Source: a virus. From it: a stretch of 64,000 nucleotides of DNA. The stretch spans positions 1 through 64,000 of IMG/VR virus record IMGVR_UViG_3300025133_000042. One strand, given 5' to 3'. Below, one piece after another: positions 9,830 to 19,324 of the stretch; positions within the stretch are counted from its first letter, which is position 1, and each line of letters begins with the position of its first letter. Below the pieces are notes generated by a model. It saw nothing but the letters and a program-made list of their open reading frames with translations, searched no databases and was not told where the DNA came from. Made by a program: the position numbers and the translations under genes.

Positions 9830-10462
9830 TTATGCCTTCTTTAATACTTCAGCAGCATGCTTGCCAGTGAAGGGTTTTCTTCCCTTAGGTGATGACCATC
9901 TGACACTAACATTTTTCGCCCCGCGGGCAGTAACTTTGCCTTTCCCCAACTCAGGCTCTTGCTTGTGAACAACGGAATCTCCTTCACGAAATCCAAATTT
10001 GGGAGCAGCTTCTTCAAGAGCACCGCCCCTCGATCCAAGTTTGGATTCTATATTTTCATTTCTTTCTTTTTCTAAAACTTTTGATAATTCGTTTGTTGCT
10101 GTTCTATAGCTAGATGAAGTCAAGCCGCCCGGCGCATCGGCCTCTTTTACATAATTTTCCACCGCCGCGCGTAAATCGTCAGACATCGCCTGATCTTTCA
10201 AAGAATCTTTGAGGCCGCTTATAAGCTGTGCAGCTTCTCTCTGGTTACGATCATATAGCGCATTGTGCGCGCGAACAAAAATATGGTTTATGTATCGCCT
10301 AGAGCGTTCTTCCGTTGGCTGCGATCCTGTTTCCGTTGGCTGTCGAATGTCAGTGAATGCTCGTACGCCGTCGGGTACTTCCCACCCACCAGGCGCTTCT
10401 TTAATTGCGCGCTGCAACTCTTCTTTAATAATCTCTTTTAGTTTTTGTTTTGTAATTTTCAT
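9830..10462 (-). CDS. MKITK-leader protein with C-terminal KOW/SH3-like domain
   Basis: leader; FREGDSVVH...GKGKV...VSVRW. Confidence 0.65.
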   Translation of the reverse strand: MKITKQKLKEIIKEELQRAIKEAPGGWEVPDGVRAFTDIRQPTETGSQPTEERSRRYINHIFVRAHNALYDRNQREAAQLISGLKDSLKDQAMSDDLRAAVENYVKEADAPGGLTSSSYRTATNELSKVLEKERNENIESKLGSRGGALEEAAPKFGFREGDSVVHKQEPELGKGKVTARGAKNVSVRWSSPKGRKPFTGKHAAEVLKKA

Positions 10463-10971
10463 GATGCCTCCTCGATGGCTTCCCCTACAAAAATCGGATT
10501 TTTTCTTACGCCGCCGCCATATTGAGCGTATTCATAAACCTTGAATTCTCCACGTCGATACCGCGGTGATGTCTCCGTCGCAGCCAAATTAATTGCTTTT
10601 TGTGGGTCGTTCACAACTCTTTTTGAATTTCTTTTGACCCTGAAAACTTTTCCATCGGGCGCCACAACAGCAAAATAGTCTATATTTTCACCCTCTTTTA
10701 AAATTGTTCTTTGAATCGTAGATAAAATATATTGAGCACTATCACTTAAAGACCAAAAATCAGATCTTTCGCCGGCAAGAATATCCCTTACTGCTTGTTG
10801 TTCCGCGGGATCAGCAAGTTTTCTAATTTCATCATCAATTTTCATTTGCGCAGCTTCTTTATCACTTGGAATATCAGCAGGATCAATTCCTGTATCAATG
10901 TGCGCCTCTTTAATAGTTTTTTTAATCTCTTCTTTAATAATCTGTTTTAATTGTTGTTTGGTAATTTTCAT
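10459..10971 (-). CDS. MKITK-leader protein
   Basis: MKITKQQLKQIIKEE; start corrected to 10971 (ATGA overlap). Confidence 0.65.
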   Translation of the reverse strand: MKITKQQLKQIIKEEIKKTIKEAHIDTGIDPADIPSDKEAAQMKIDDEIRKLADPAEQQAVRDILAGERSDFWSLSDSAQYILSTIQRTILKEGENIDYFAVVAPDGKVFRVKRNSKRVVNDPQKAINLAATETSPRYRRGEFKVYEYAQYGGGVRKNPIFVGEAIEEAS

Positions 10972-11531
10972 CCTTTTGGCTCCCATGTATATCCTGGATC
11001 CTCGGGCCTATAGCCTCGACGCTGAGCTGCTTTTCTTCGCTGATCCTTTATCCGTTGCTTATCGGACGCAGCTGCTTTTTTATCAAGATCTTTTTTGTAT
11101 TCTGATTGCTTACGTGCTCTTCGAATTTCATACTCTGTATCAACGTCTTGTACTGCTTTTTTTGCTGTTTGTCCGCGCTCATAATCAGCTCCAGCTTTAA
11201 CGTTACCTGTTTCAATATCGGCTTCTGCCATGGCGACTAGTTCATCATAGATTCTTTTCTCTAAGCGACGAATTTCTTGACTGCTTAAACCAACCCTCGG
11301 CCAATTTCCTTTTTTCAGGCCCTTAAATCTTCCAGCCACCTTATCAACAGTTGATCTAGCCTCTAGTTCTGCATTTACAATACCGCCGACTTGCCATTTC
11401 GACAAGTCTTCAGCTTCTTCTGGCGATTCTGGTGTTGGCCATTTTTTTGGATCGGTATTAAATTTAGCACCGGTAAGACCAGCGAATTCTTCTTTAATAA
11501 TCTGTTTTAATTGTTGTTTGGTAATTTTCAT
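10968..11531 (-). CDS. MKITK-leader protein
   Basis: MKITKQQLKQIIKEE. Confidence 0.65.
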   Translation of the reverse strand: MKITKQQLKQIIKEEFAGLTGAKFNTDPKKWPTPESPEEAEDLSKWQVGGIVNAELEARSTVDKVAGRFKGLKKGNWPRVGLSSQEIRRLEKRIYDELVAMAEADIETGNVKAGADYERGQTAKKAVQDVDTEYEIRRARKQSEYKKDLDKKAAASDKQRIKDQRRKAAQRRGYRPEDPGYTWEPKG

Positions 11532-11833
11532 TCCGGAGCAACACCTTTTTCAATAGCAGCCCAACGATCATCATCAACCGCATCTTCTTTTCTCGCAGAC
11601 ATAGCTATTTGCTCAATTGTTTTTAATAAAGCCTCCGCTTTGCCATAAATCAATTCTATATTACTTGGCTTGGTAATTACAGTTTGGTCAAACTGCTTAA
11701 GTATCGAATCCAGATCACCAGCCAATTCTCTAGCTTTTACTAGAAGATTGTCGTTTGATTCTATATCAAGTTCTTGAATTAATTTTAATTCTTCTTTAAT
11801 AATCTCTTTTAGTTTTTGTTTTGTAATTTTCAT
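11528..11833 (-). CDS. MKITK-leader protein
   Basis: MKITKQKLKEIIKEE. Confidence 0.65.
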   Translation of the reverse strand: MKITKQKLKEIIKEELKLIQELDIESNDNLLVKARELAGDLDSILKQFDQTVITKPSNIELIYGKAEALLKTIEQIAMSARKEDAVDDDRWAAIEKGVAPE

Positions 11834-12162
11834 TCGTCTAGTTTCCCACCAGTTCGACTGGAATTCGCTTTAAAAATTGCTTCTATCCATGCGATTTTTG
11901 CAAGGTTGAAATCTGCCGTCAATTTGAAGTTTGGATCAAAATTTAATTTTAATTCTTTTGCTTTTTTCATTAGGATTGCTTGCCCATCTCGAATCATCTT
12001 AGAGCCTTTTTGCAAATCTTCTAGGCTGGGCGCAGGTCGCGGGCCCCGACGATCCAGAGCTTGGCGCGCGACAGCAACGGCGCGCTCATCGCGATAACTC
12101 TCTTGTAGCAGCGCTAGCTCTTCTTTTAAAATCTGCTTTATCTGCTCTTTTGTAATTTTCAT
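11830..12162 (-). CDS. MKITK-leader protein
   Basis: MKITKEQIKQILKEE. Confidence 0.65.
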   Translation of the reverse strand: MKITKEQIKQILKEELALLQESYRDERAVAVARQALDRRGPRPAPSLEDLQKGSKMIRDGQAILMKKAKELKLNFDPNFKLTADFNLAKIAWIEAIFKANSSRTGGKLDE

Positions 12163-12602
12163 TTTTCACTCCTTGTAATTTCAAAGAAAGCAACGTTAAT
12201 ATTCTGCTTGCTCCAATGAAAACTCTCAATTTTCAACTCAAAAATCTTAATATTAACCTCGCCGCCGAGCTTTCGGGCCATATGCTCACCCCAAGCGATG
12301 ACCAAAAGGCGAACAGCCGTGACTTCTTCCCGCGAAGCCGGCCCGGGCCAGGCCACAACAACCAACTCATCGATCCCCATGCACTTATGGTGTCGAGCAA
12401 AATTCGCTTTAAGACGAATTGCCCTCTGGCGCAAATTATACACTTCAACCGGATTTTTACAATTTTCCAGCCCTTTGATCGATATTTTGGCGATTTTTTC
12501 CGAATGCAAGGAGCTGTTAGCGCGATTTGATACATTACCAGCGGCGCAGGCCACCAATAATACAGATAAAAACACAGTTAGGGCTAATTTTAATAAATTT
12601 TT
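12159..12602 (-). CDS. lipoprotein
   Basis: MKNLLK...LLVAC lipobox. Confidence 0.6.
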   Translation of the reverse strand, partial: KNLLKLALTVFLSVLLVACAAGNVSNRANSSLHSEKIAKISIKGLENCKNPVEVYNLRQRAIRLKANFARHHKCMGIDELVVVAWPGPASREEVTAVRLLVIAWGEHMARKLGGEVNIKIFELKIESFHWSKQNINVAFFEITRSEK

Positions 12603-14872
12603 CATTTTTTGTATTTTCTCCACTCATTAAGTATGCCTTTCCAATCGTCAAAAGAGGAAAAACTACTTTCAGCAACTCGCTGCTGCCTTCTCATCTCGCT
12701 ATATGCATAATCTTTCTTAAATTTAGGAAGAATCTCTTTCACAATCATGTTTGTAACAATGGCCTCGGCCAGGAGCCTCAACCTCTCGTGAAATTTATCA
12801 TGATCTGCCATTTTAACAAATTTTTCAATGATTTTTAAGGCTTCTGGCTCTTCATTGCCCTGCAGCTGTACATCAAGCCATACTTCAATGCGATCTGCGA
12901 ATTTATACTCGCTGGTGCCGCCACCAAGACCAGTGCCGCCAGTTCTGGCTGTCTTAAAGCCAACATTGATGTTATAATCTGGAATAGGGTGGCCTGTTTC
13001 GGCTTCAGTTTCAGCAAGATTTAGCTTTTGCTGCGAAGCGATAATCTCAAGAGCCCGATCAGTGACATCTTGCATCCTCGCGATAATTTTATCTTTAAGC
13101 TTGTGCATATTTTGTCGCAGCCCGGTATGAATAGCTGTATGCATGGCCCGCATCAATCGATTTTCTTCTGTACCCTCAGGCCCGACGCCAGATTTTACTT
13201 TTGTCAGAAGCTCCGAGGGCAAATAAAGACGAACAGGCAAAAAAGTTGTCATTGTAACCTTGTTTTCTTCCAAATCAACGTCAAAATGCTTAAGATCCAT
13301 ATCCTCAAAGCGCTGAAGATTTGCATATGTTTCCTCACTCGCGAAGAAGCCGGCCTCATCAAGCCCAGACAAAAGCGTTTCGCGAAAATTTTCATACTCT
13401 GCGTCGTATTGCGACACGCGATCGACGAAAGCCTTAAACCCGTCCCAGCCCATTTCATCATAATCAGGGTCAACCCGTATGTAAGCTCGATTGCCACTAT
13501 CCTCTTCAACGTTATCTGGGTATATGCCGGCAGCATTCAAAGCGGACGTCACATAATCTTCAAAGCTGTCAATGTCTTCTGCCAGGCCTTCGGTTTCATC
13601 CAAATCAATTAATGCGCTTGCACTATAGTGATGGCCGTCTTCAATTGGCTCATAATAAATATTAAAATTCTCAACTTGCGCATCCCTTATATATTCCTCA
13701 TAATCATCAGCCGTTGCGCCGCCCGGATTTTCAACAGCATGCTGGCCAGCTTGACCCAGAATACTCCAATGATCCTCAGAAACAAGATCCTCGAAGGCTT
13801 CATGTACATCAACCTCAGTGGGGTCACCCAGCCCAAGGCCCTTCAAAATATACATAACAGTCTGAGGGATCGCAATCCCAGAATCCTCATGACCGCCATC
13901 GGAATAATCACTCATCCATTCAGTAAACACATCTTCCACATCAGAGGACAATTCCCGGGGATTAACTTGCGCGCCCTCATGGCCAGTGAAGACTTTATCG
14001 TCCTTACCCTCTCGGCCGGAGGCCGACCTAAAAATTTTCAGAAATTCTTTCGGGTTATCTTGCCCCAAAGCATACCCTTTCATCACCAAATTGCTATATG
14101 TACCGTCTCGTAAGCCGTCAGTGCCCACTTCATCGTCAGAGACATCATACACTTCCTCTGGTTCGGGCTCGCTAGATTCTTTTGCGTCAGCGCCATAAAC
14201 GAGGGCCATTTTCTTGTTCCAATCATCATTGTGAAGATGCTTAAAGAGGACAAAATAAAATACTTTGCCTTCCTTATCCGTATATTCGTCAAACCAGTTT
14301 CGCGACTCAGTTGCTGAGATGCACCATTTCGTGCCGCGTCCATAATAGCAAGCACCATCTTCGTCGTTTGGGCGAACCATCATCCAGTTATCTGCATCAT
14401 CGATAACGTCAGAGCTTTCTTTTGCTTTCTCTTCACGCTCTTTAGCATCATGCCGAGCCTGCAGCTCTTTATACGCAACGTAGATCTGTTGCTCCCAATC
14501 ACCAAAGTCCTTAAACTTGTTAATATCTTTGTCAATCAGGTTTTTTTCAGCTAAGCGATGGTATTTTCTTATATTATTGCGAATTGTGCTAAAGCGTCGA
14601 GATGCTTCATATTTAATCTCATTGCCAGCAGCGTCGACATCGCGCTGCATGCCAGTCTCATAGTTCTTTTGCATCTTAACCAGACGTGTATTGACCATGC
14701 CGGCAGCCCACATCGCGTATTTTTGGTTTCCGCTAGGGTCATTCGCGAGGATTTCGGTCTTAAAAAGGCCTTCAACGTACTGAATGACGTCCTGGCCCTT
14801 CAATCCCTTTACAACGCGCTTAAGGGCATCGTCCTTACGCCCCTCGACGAGAATTCGCGTTAACTGTTCCAT
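12602..14872 (-). CDS. large acidic phage protein (probable virion protein)
   Basis: ILVE N-terminus; ACYYGRGTKWCIS motif of the kind seen in large-phage proteins. Confidence 0.6.
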   Translation of the reverse strand: MEQLTRILVEGRKDDALKRVVKGLKGQDVIQYVEGLFKTEILANDPSGNQKYAMWAAGMVNTRLVKMQKNYETGMQRDVDAAGNEIKYEASRRFSTIRNNIRKYHRLAEKNLIDKDINKFKDFGDWEQQIYVAYKELQARHDAKEREEKAKESSDVIDDADNWMMVRPNDEDGACYYGRGTKWCISATESRNWFDEYTDKEGKVFYFVLFKHLHNDDWNKKMALVYGADAKESSEPEPEEVYDVSDDEVGTDGLRDGTYSNLVMKGYALGQDNPKEFLKIFRSASGREGKDDKVFTGHEGAQVNPRELSSDVEDVFTEWMSDYSDGGHEDSGIAIPQTVMYILKGLGLGDPTEVDVHEAFEDLVSEDHWSILGQAGQHAVENPGGATADDYEEYIRDAQVENFNIYYEPIEDGHHYSASALIDLDETEGLAEDIDSFEDYVTSALNAAGIYPDNVEEDSGNRAYIRVDPDYDEMGWDGFKAFVDRVSQYDAEYENFRETLLSGLDEAGFFASEETYANLQRFEDMDLKHFDVDLEENKVTMTTFLPVRLYLPSELLTKVKSGVGPEGTEENRLMRAMHTAIHTGLRQNMHKLKDKIIARMQDVTDRALEIIASQQKLNLAETEAETGHPIPDYNINVGFKTARTGGTGLGGGTSEYKFADRIEVWLDVQLQGNEEPEALKIIEKFVKMADHDKFHERLRLLAEAIVTNMIVKEILPKFKKDYAYSEMRRQQRVAESSFSSFDDWKGILNEWRKYKK

Positions 14873-15152
14873 TATAAGGCTAGAGAAGGCCACTAAAAAC
14901 ACTCCAAATGGGTTTTGCTCATTGTAATTAGTTCTTACTTCATAAGAGGCAGAACTTTATGAAGTAATAATGTATCAAAAAACGCTTTTTATTTTAATCA
15001 GTTTGCAGTTTGCTATCCTTAGCTAGAGATACCGCGTGTCCCACTCGCGCGCATGCCTGTTGAAATCTGCATGTTCAACCTTATAATCTCCAAATTATAT
15101 TTGGAATTAATTTTTAGGTTATTACATTATAACCATAACATAGGAGAACGTT

Positions 15153-15347
15153 ATGTCCCCTCTCACAATTGCCCTTGTCTTAATCGGGCTAGCTTCGAAC
15201 ATCGTTTGCTTTTGCTTCGGCGTTATTCTTGGCCGTCAAACAGCATATAAGGTGCTTCAGACTTACCAACATGCCGATACAGCTGTCGATATGCGCTGCG
15301 CCAAGTCCAATTGCAGCAAAGGTGCGCGCAAATCCCCCGAAGGCTAA
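15153..15347 (+). CDS. small membrane protein
   Basis: AGGAG RBS, N-terminal TM. Confidence 0.5.
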   Translation: MSPLTIALVLIGLASNIVCFCFGVILGRQTAYKVLQTYQHADTAVDMRCAKSNCSKGARKSPEG

Positions 15348-15438
15348 AATCTGAGAAATTTCCGTGTGTGCAGCGAAGGTATCTAGTCCCGCTATTGCCT
15401 AATGCTTAGTAGGAATATACATTCCGGGCAGGGGGGTA

Positions 15439-15450
15439 GGGGGTACCCCC
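15439..15450. repeat. perfect palindrome GGGGGTACCCCC within G-tracts
   Basis: direct reading; lies between convergent genes. Confidence 0.7.
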
Positions 15451-15603
15451 TTGAATTTAAAGGTTTTTACGCTCGCTTGTTTTTGCGCTCGATAGGCGCT
15501 TTGTCTTCTCCTAGTGAGTTTAGCACACAATATACCGCGCGTTAAGTTCTATCGCGCCTAGGCGGAAGTTAAACTAAGTGTGCGGAACTATTGAACTTAT
15601 TAT

Positions 15604-15789
15604 TTAGTCGATTTTGCCAACCATGGGCCAACCATCGATGAATTCTATCGATAAGTCGCCTGTTAGGTATCCATTGAGGGCCTCGACCATCTGCCGGGCT
15701 AGCTCAACCTCGCCTGACTCCGCAGTCTCTTCGATTATGCGGTGCATGCGGAACTCTATGAAATCAATGATGTTATCGTTGTCTTCCAT
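15604..15789 (-). CDS. hypothetical protein
   Basis: acidic ORF with NIIDF motif. Confidence 0.5.
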   Translation of the reverse strand: MEDNDNIIDFIEFRMHRIIEETAESGEVELARQMVEALNGYLTGDLSIEFIDGWPMVGKID

Positions 15790-15951
15790 GGTTTGGAATT
15801 CCCTTTACTTGTGTGAATGGGTGGCTAGGGTACTTGATTCCTCACTGTTTCCAGCCACTTACGCTCACTATATCTATATAGGCTTGAAATCGTTATGTTT
15901 TCTTTTTTCCTTCCCCTGACCTAGCGTCACCGGGTCGGGGCATGTGTTTAT

Positions 15952-16203
15952 CTACCCAGTTTTAGACAGTTGCTTCAGGTGCTGCTTCAGGAGGCTTTGA
16001 GCTTCGGTGATAAGCGGGTTGCTTCCGTTCTGAATTGAGAGGTTCCTCATGAGCCACCTAACGTTAGATTCGATTGAAATATCCTTTCTCATGTTAGGAA
16101 TATTCATGTCCTCCAGAACATCGCTCAGTCGGCTGCTCACGAAGAGACTAAAGCCATCCGTTAAGATGCCGAGTTGATTATTGTTTTTTGTGACCTCGGA
16201 CAT
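15952..16203 (-). CDS. hypothetical protein
   Basis: ORF with NVRWLMRNL segment. Confidence 0.5.
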   Translation of the reverse strand: MSEVTKNNNQLGILTDGFSLFVSSRLSDVLEDMNIPNMRKDISIESNVRWLMRNLSIQNGSNPLITEAQSLLKQHLKQLSKTG

Positions 16204-16298
16204 TTTACACCATCCAGCCAATTGTCATGAAGGTCGAAGTGAGAAGTGAGAGCAGAAACATCACAGTGCTATCAGGTGATTCAGGACATACTTTCATC

Positions 16299-17132
16299 TT
16301 AGAAACTCCTCGAAATCATTGCGGAAACGCCCTCGGTGCCAAACTGGCGGGTGAAGTGGGCGGCGAGCTTGCCGCGCAAGTCCTTCTCAATTTGGCCGCA
16401 GCGCTGCTTGGTCACTCCGAAAGAATCGGCCGAAACACGCTCTTCGCCGCGCAACTCGTTGATAATACGACCGTTCAGGATGTCACGCTGTCGGGGCTTT
16501 AGGCTGTCAGCGAAAGCGGTCACTGCGGCCTGAATATTCGCAGAATTCTGCGTTCGCTCCATCGCGACATCTTGCGGCATGCTGCCGTCACCGATGAGCG
16601 TGGCAATCGTGCCACCGTCGGCGGAGAGGGGTGCATCCATCGAGGCACCGCGCGCGGTCATGTACTTCAGGCATGCAGCGGTGTCGGTGGCGTCGAGGTC
16701 GAGGTGTGCCGCAATCGCTTCGGGCGTTGCGTCCTGGCCGATGACCTTGCGCGCCTTCTGGAGCGAAGACCATAGCTTCTTGCTGGTGCGGCTCCCGCAG
16801 TGGACCAGCCCAGCGTTTGCCTGGACGTGCTCTTGACACTTTGCTGTCATCCACTGCCGGGCGTAGGTGGTGAAGCTCGCGCCCTTCGTCGGGTCGAACT
16901 TGTTAATTGCGGTCAGGATGCCCTCGACGCATGCGCTCATGAGGTCATCGAATTGAAGACCCTTGCGCTGGTGACGCTTGGCGACCTTGAAGGCTAGCCG
17001 GATGTTGGATTGCACGAGGTCGCGGCGGGCTTGCTCGTCGCCTGTCTTCTGTGCCAGGACTACAAGCTCGCTCTGAGCGGACTTGCTAAGGATGATTGCG
17101 GTGGCGGCTAGGTTGGTCAGTGCGTTGCTCAT
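16299..17132 (-). CDS. RNA polymerase sigma70-family factor (RpoD/RpoH-like)
   Basis: region 2: LVQSNIRLAFKVAKR, DDLM, AINKFDPTKG, FTTYARQW; region 4: FGVTKQRCGQIE. Confidence 0.9.
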   Translation of the reverse strand: MSNALTNLAATAIILSKSAQSELVVLAQKTGDEQARRDLVQSNIRLAFKVAKRHQRKGLQFDDLMSACVEGILTAINKFDPTKGASFTTYARQWMTAKCQEHVQANAGLVHCGSRTSKKLWSSLQKARKVIGQDATPEAIAAHLDLDATDTAACLKYMTARGASMDAPLSADGGTIATLIGDGSMPQDVAMERTQNSANIQAAVTAFADSLKPRQRDILNGRIINELRGEERVSADSFGVTKQRCGQIEKDLRGKLAAHFTRQFGTEGVSAMISRSF

Positions 17133-17194
17133 ATTTTTGGAGTCTCTCCGGTGTGTTTCGTTGGCTACAGGTAAACAGTAAGAACCGTTTCGGG

Positions 17195-17332
17195 CTAGAC
17201 AAGGGGCAGGGTGAAGTTTTTTTCACTTTTCCTGGCCTCGACCAGAAACTGAATCATTCCAGCAATATAGCCTGTCATAAAGCTGCAAGTGAATGAAATG
17301 ATTGCGATTTCGGTGATTTCTGCTGCTGTCAT
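17195..17332 (-). CDS. 45-aa single-TM peptide (not in ORF track)
   Basis: MTAAEITEIAIISFTCSFMTGYIAGMIQFLVEARK...; GGAGG RBS; directly below the sigma54 promoter. Confidence 0.55.
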   Translation of the reverse strand: MTAAEITEIAIISFTCSFMTGYIAGMIQFLVEARKSEKNFTLPLV

Positions 17333-17373
17333 CTAGGGTGCCCTCCGGCGTCGTTAATTCTTACCCCTATATA

Positions 17374-17391
17374 TTGCAAGCTGCGTGCCAA
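17374..17391 (-). promoter_or_regulatory. sigma54 (-24/-12) promoter
   Basis: TTGGCACGCAGCTTGCAA matches TGGCACRNNNNTTGCW. Confidence 0.8.
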
Positions 17392-17408
17392 GTCCTGAAT
17401 TTACGTGA

Positions 17409-17421
17409 TATCAAGGAGTTA
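17409..17421 (+). promoter_or_regulatory. IHF binding site
   Basis: TATCAAGGAGTTA matches WATCAANNNNTTR, just upstream of the -24 box. Confidence 0.7.
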
Positions 17422-17523
17422 GGTCACATAACTGTGCAAGTATTGCCGTGTTCTCGCCACTTCTTGCATAGCGTTGCGTGCAGCGTTTAGGCATGAATCG
17501 CGCATTTATTGCGCGGTGTCTAA

Positions 17524-17853
17524 CTACTTGACATCGTTAGCTTTCTCGCCCCAACCGTAGTAGTCGAGTGACGCCTGCATAGCGGCCGAGCGCTCCGGGT
17601 CGGCCTGCGGATAGTACCGGTAGACCATCACCCACTCAGCGCAGCGCTCGGAGTAGACCGAGCCATCACCCTCGACGTAGCTATCATGCTTCCAGCTGGG
17701 CCGGGCGTACATCAGAGAGAGCGTCTTGTCTTCGTCAACGAACTGCGACCAAAACGATGAACGGCTCCAGAAGCACTCAGCTTGCTTCTCGGTGATAGCA
17801 CCGTAGCGGCTTGGCGCGGTGTAGGTCTCGGTGACAATGCTTCCGTATCGCAT
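17524..17853 (-). CDS. hypothetical early protein
   Basis: own promoter and AGGAG RBS. Confidence 0.55.
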   Translation of the reverse strand: MRYGSIVTETYTAPSRYGAITEKQAECFWSRSSFWSQFVDEDKTLSLMYARPSWKHDSYVEGDGSVYSERCAEWVMVYRYYPQADPERSAAMQASLDYYGWGEKANDVK

Positions 17854-17925
17854 ATGCTGGGCTCCTATTCCCTGGGTACACTTATATCATAGGAACGGCA
17901 AAGAGAGGGTAAAGGGTTTTTTTAA

Positions 17926-18129
17926 TTATGCCTTTGTGCCCTCGTTTGGGAGGCCAAAGAGGTGGGACAACTCCGCCTTGAGCAGCAGGCTATGGTAGAG
18001 GTCGATTTCCTGCTGGTGCGTGAAGTAAGGCGTCAGGTCGTCTTCGGTGGGGTTGAGGCAATACTGGGCTCGCGGCGAGAGCTTGTTCGCCATCCTCATA
18101 AGTTCGTATAATGCTTCCATCTTTTCCAT
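17926..18129 (-). CDS. hypothetical protein
   Basis: ORF with GAGG RBS. Confidence 0.5.
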   Translation of the reverse strand: MEKMEALYELMRMANKLSPRAQYCLNPTEDDLTPYFTHQQEIDLYHSLLLKAELSHLFGLPNEGTKA

Positions 18130-18273
18130 TTTGTCCTCTCACGTATGTAGTGCGTGAGCATAAAATTATGCACGTGTGTGCGAGCAAAAAATTCTAGCTA
18201 GTCGCCTGCGTCGTTCAGGTAGTCTATGAAGAACCAGAGCGCTAGCGCTGCCAATATCGCAGACATGGCGAGC

Positions 18274-18429
18274 TTAGCAGCCACACGCTTTGACGAATCG
18301 AACGATGTCAAAGCGTGGATTCTCGCCGCGCAGAGCATGAGCGAAGTCCATTGCGACTTGCTGCCGGGTGTCCTTGTTCTCGATGCCGCCAACGATGGCT
18401 GCAATCATTTGAAAGTGCTTGCGAGTCAT
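18274..18429 (-). CDS. small phage protein (MTRKHF...NPRFD...RF...AC type)
   Basis: promoter + AGGAG RBS; familiar small phage protein pattern. Confidence 0.6.
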   Translation of the reverse strand: MTRKHFQMIAAIVGGIENKDTRQQVAMDFAHALRGENPRFDIVRFVKACGC

Positions 18430-18690
18430 GTCCGTTCTCCTGTTTCGGGGGACAACTAGATGATAGGAACAGTTTTTAGGGAGTAAAGGAAATGCTTTGA
18501 GAATCAAGCTGGATAATCAGCGCAGAGAGCATTTTGCTAGCAACATCGAGGGACTCCACCATTTCCATCGATGAGTTTCGGTCAGAAAACAAGTGATTCT
18601 GGGCAAGTTTGTCAATGTTATCGCGGTGTTCGATAAGTTCTTCTAGGGTCATCATTTTTAGCTTCCTCCTACAGACAGCCAATTTCTACT

Positions 18691-18837
18691 TTATATCCGT
18701 GACGTTAAGAGATCAGCGGGCATATGGTAACGCCGACCGTTTCGCAGCACAGTCACCTGATTTGTGCCTTCCCACACTTCCAGCACAATAACGATTTCAG
18801 CCTCGTGCTTGATTCGTGCGATGTCGCCTGCTTTCAT
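18691..18837 (-). CDS. KOW/SH3-like microprotein (48 aa, not in ORF track)
   Basis: MKAGDIARIKHEAEIVIVLEVWEG... Confidence 0.6.
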   Translation of the reverse strand: MKAGDIARIKHEAEIVIVLEVWEGTNQVTVLRNGRRYHMPADLLTSRI

Positions 18838-19094
18838 TAGAGCACCACAAGGTTGCGAGTGGCGCAGTCTTGCGTCCTGCTAGGGAAAGAAACAACCGGG
18901 TCAAGGCCCTGTGTGTCGATGACGAGACCAATCTCGAACATATGCGGCAGGTGCTTTCTCGCATAACGCTCTTGAGCGGCGATTCCGGCTGCGCTGACCT
19001 GCGTGCTAGGGACCGGGCGCTCGAATCGAACGAGGTCGCCTAGCTTAATTCGGTTTTTCCAAGGTCGGGCGGCGTGTGTCCAGGATTGGTACAT
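18837..19094 (-). CDS. KOW/SH3-like protein
   Basis: IKLGDLVRF...IGLVI. Confidence 0.55.
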   Translation of the reverse strand: MYQSWTHAARPWKNRIKLGDLVRFERPVPSTQVSAAGIAAQERYARKHLPHMFEIGLVIDTQGLDPVVSFPSRTQDCATRNLVVL

Positions 19095-19126
19095 CGTGTG
19101 GGCTCCTTCTGCCAGGTACGTTTAAA

Positions 19127-19324
19127 CTATAGGGACGCTTTATCGTTAGTAAGTAGAAAAAGAAAACCGGCGCGATAAAGGTTGTCATTCCGGCAGGTTA
19201 AGTTGGGCTTAGACCAATGCACCTTGACCATGCCAGGGTCAGGGATGCCGATACAGGGTAGAAATTCTATAATGATACCAGGAACTTTGTCCAGGTGGTG
19301 GATCACCAAATCACCGACTTTCAT
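19127..19324 (-). CDS. KOW/SH3-like microprotein
   Basis: MKVGDLV...GIII...VKVHW. Confidence 0.65.
   Translation of the reverse strand: MKVGDLVIHHLDKVPGIIIEFLPCIGIPDPGMVKVHWSKPNLTCRNDNLYRAGFLFLLTNDKASL

Larger units (their letters stand above)
7131..11833 (-). repeat. three pairs of identical 44-nt gene-start repeats
   Basis: 7131-7174=7566-7609; 10419-10462=11790-11833; 10928-10971=11488-11531. Confidence 0.9.
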
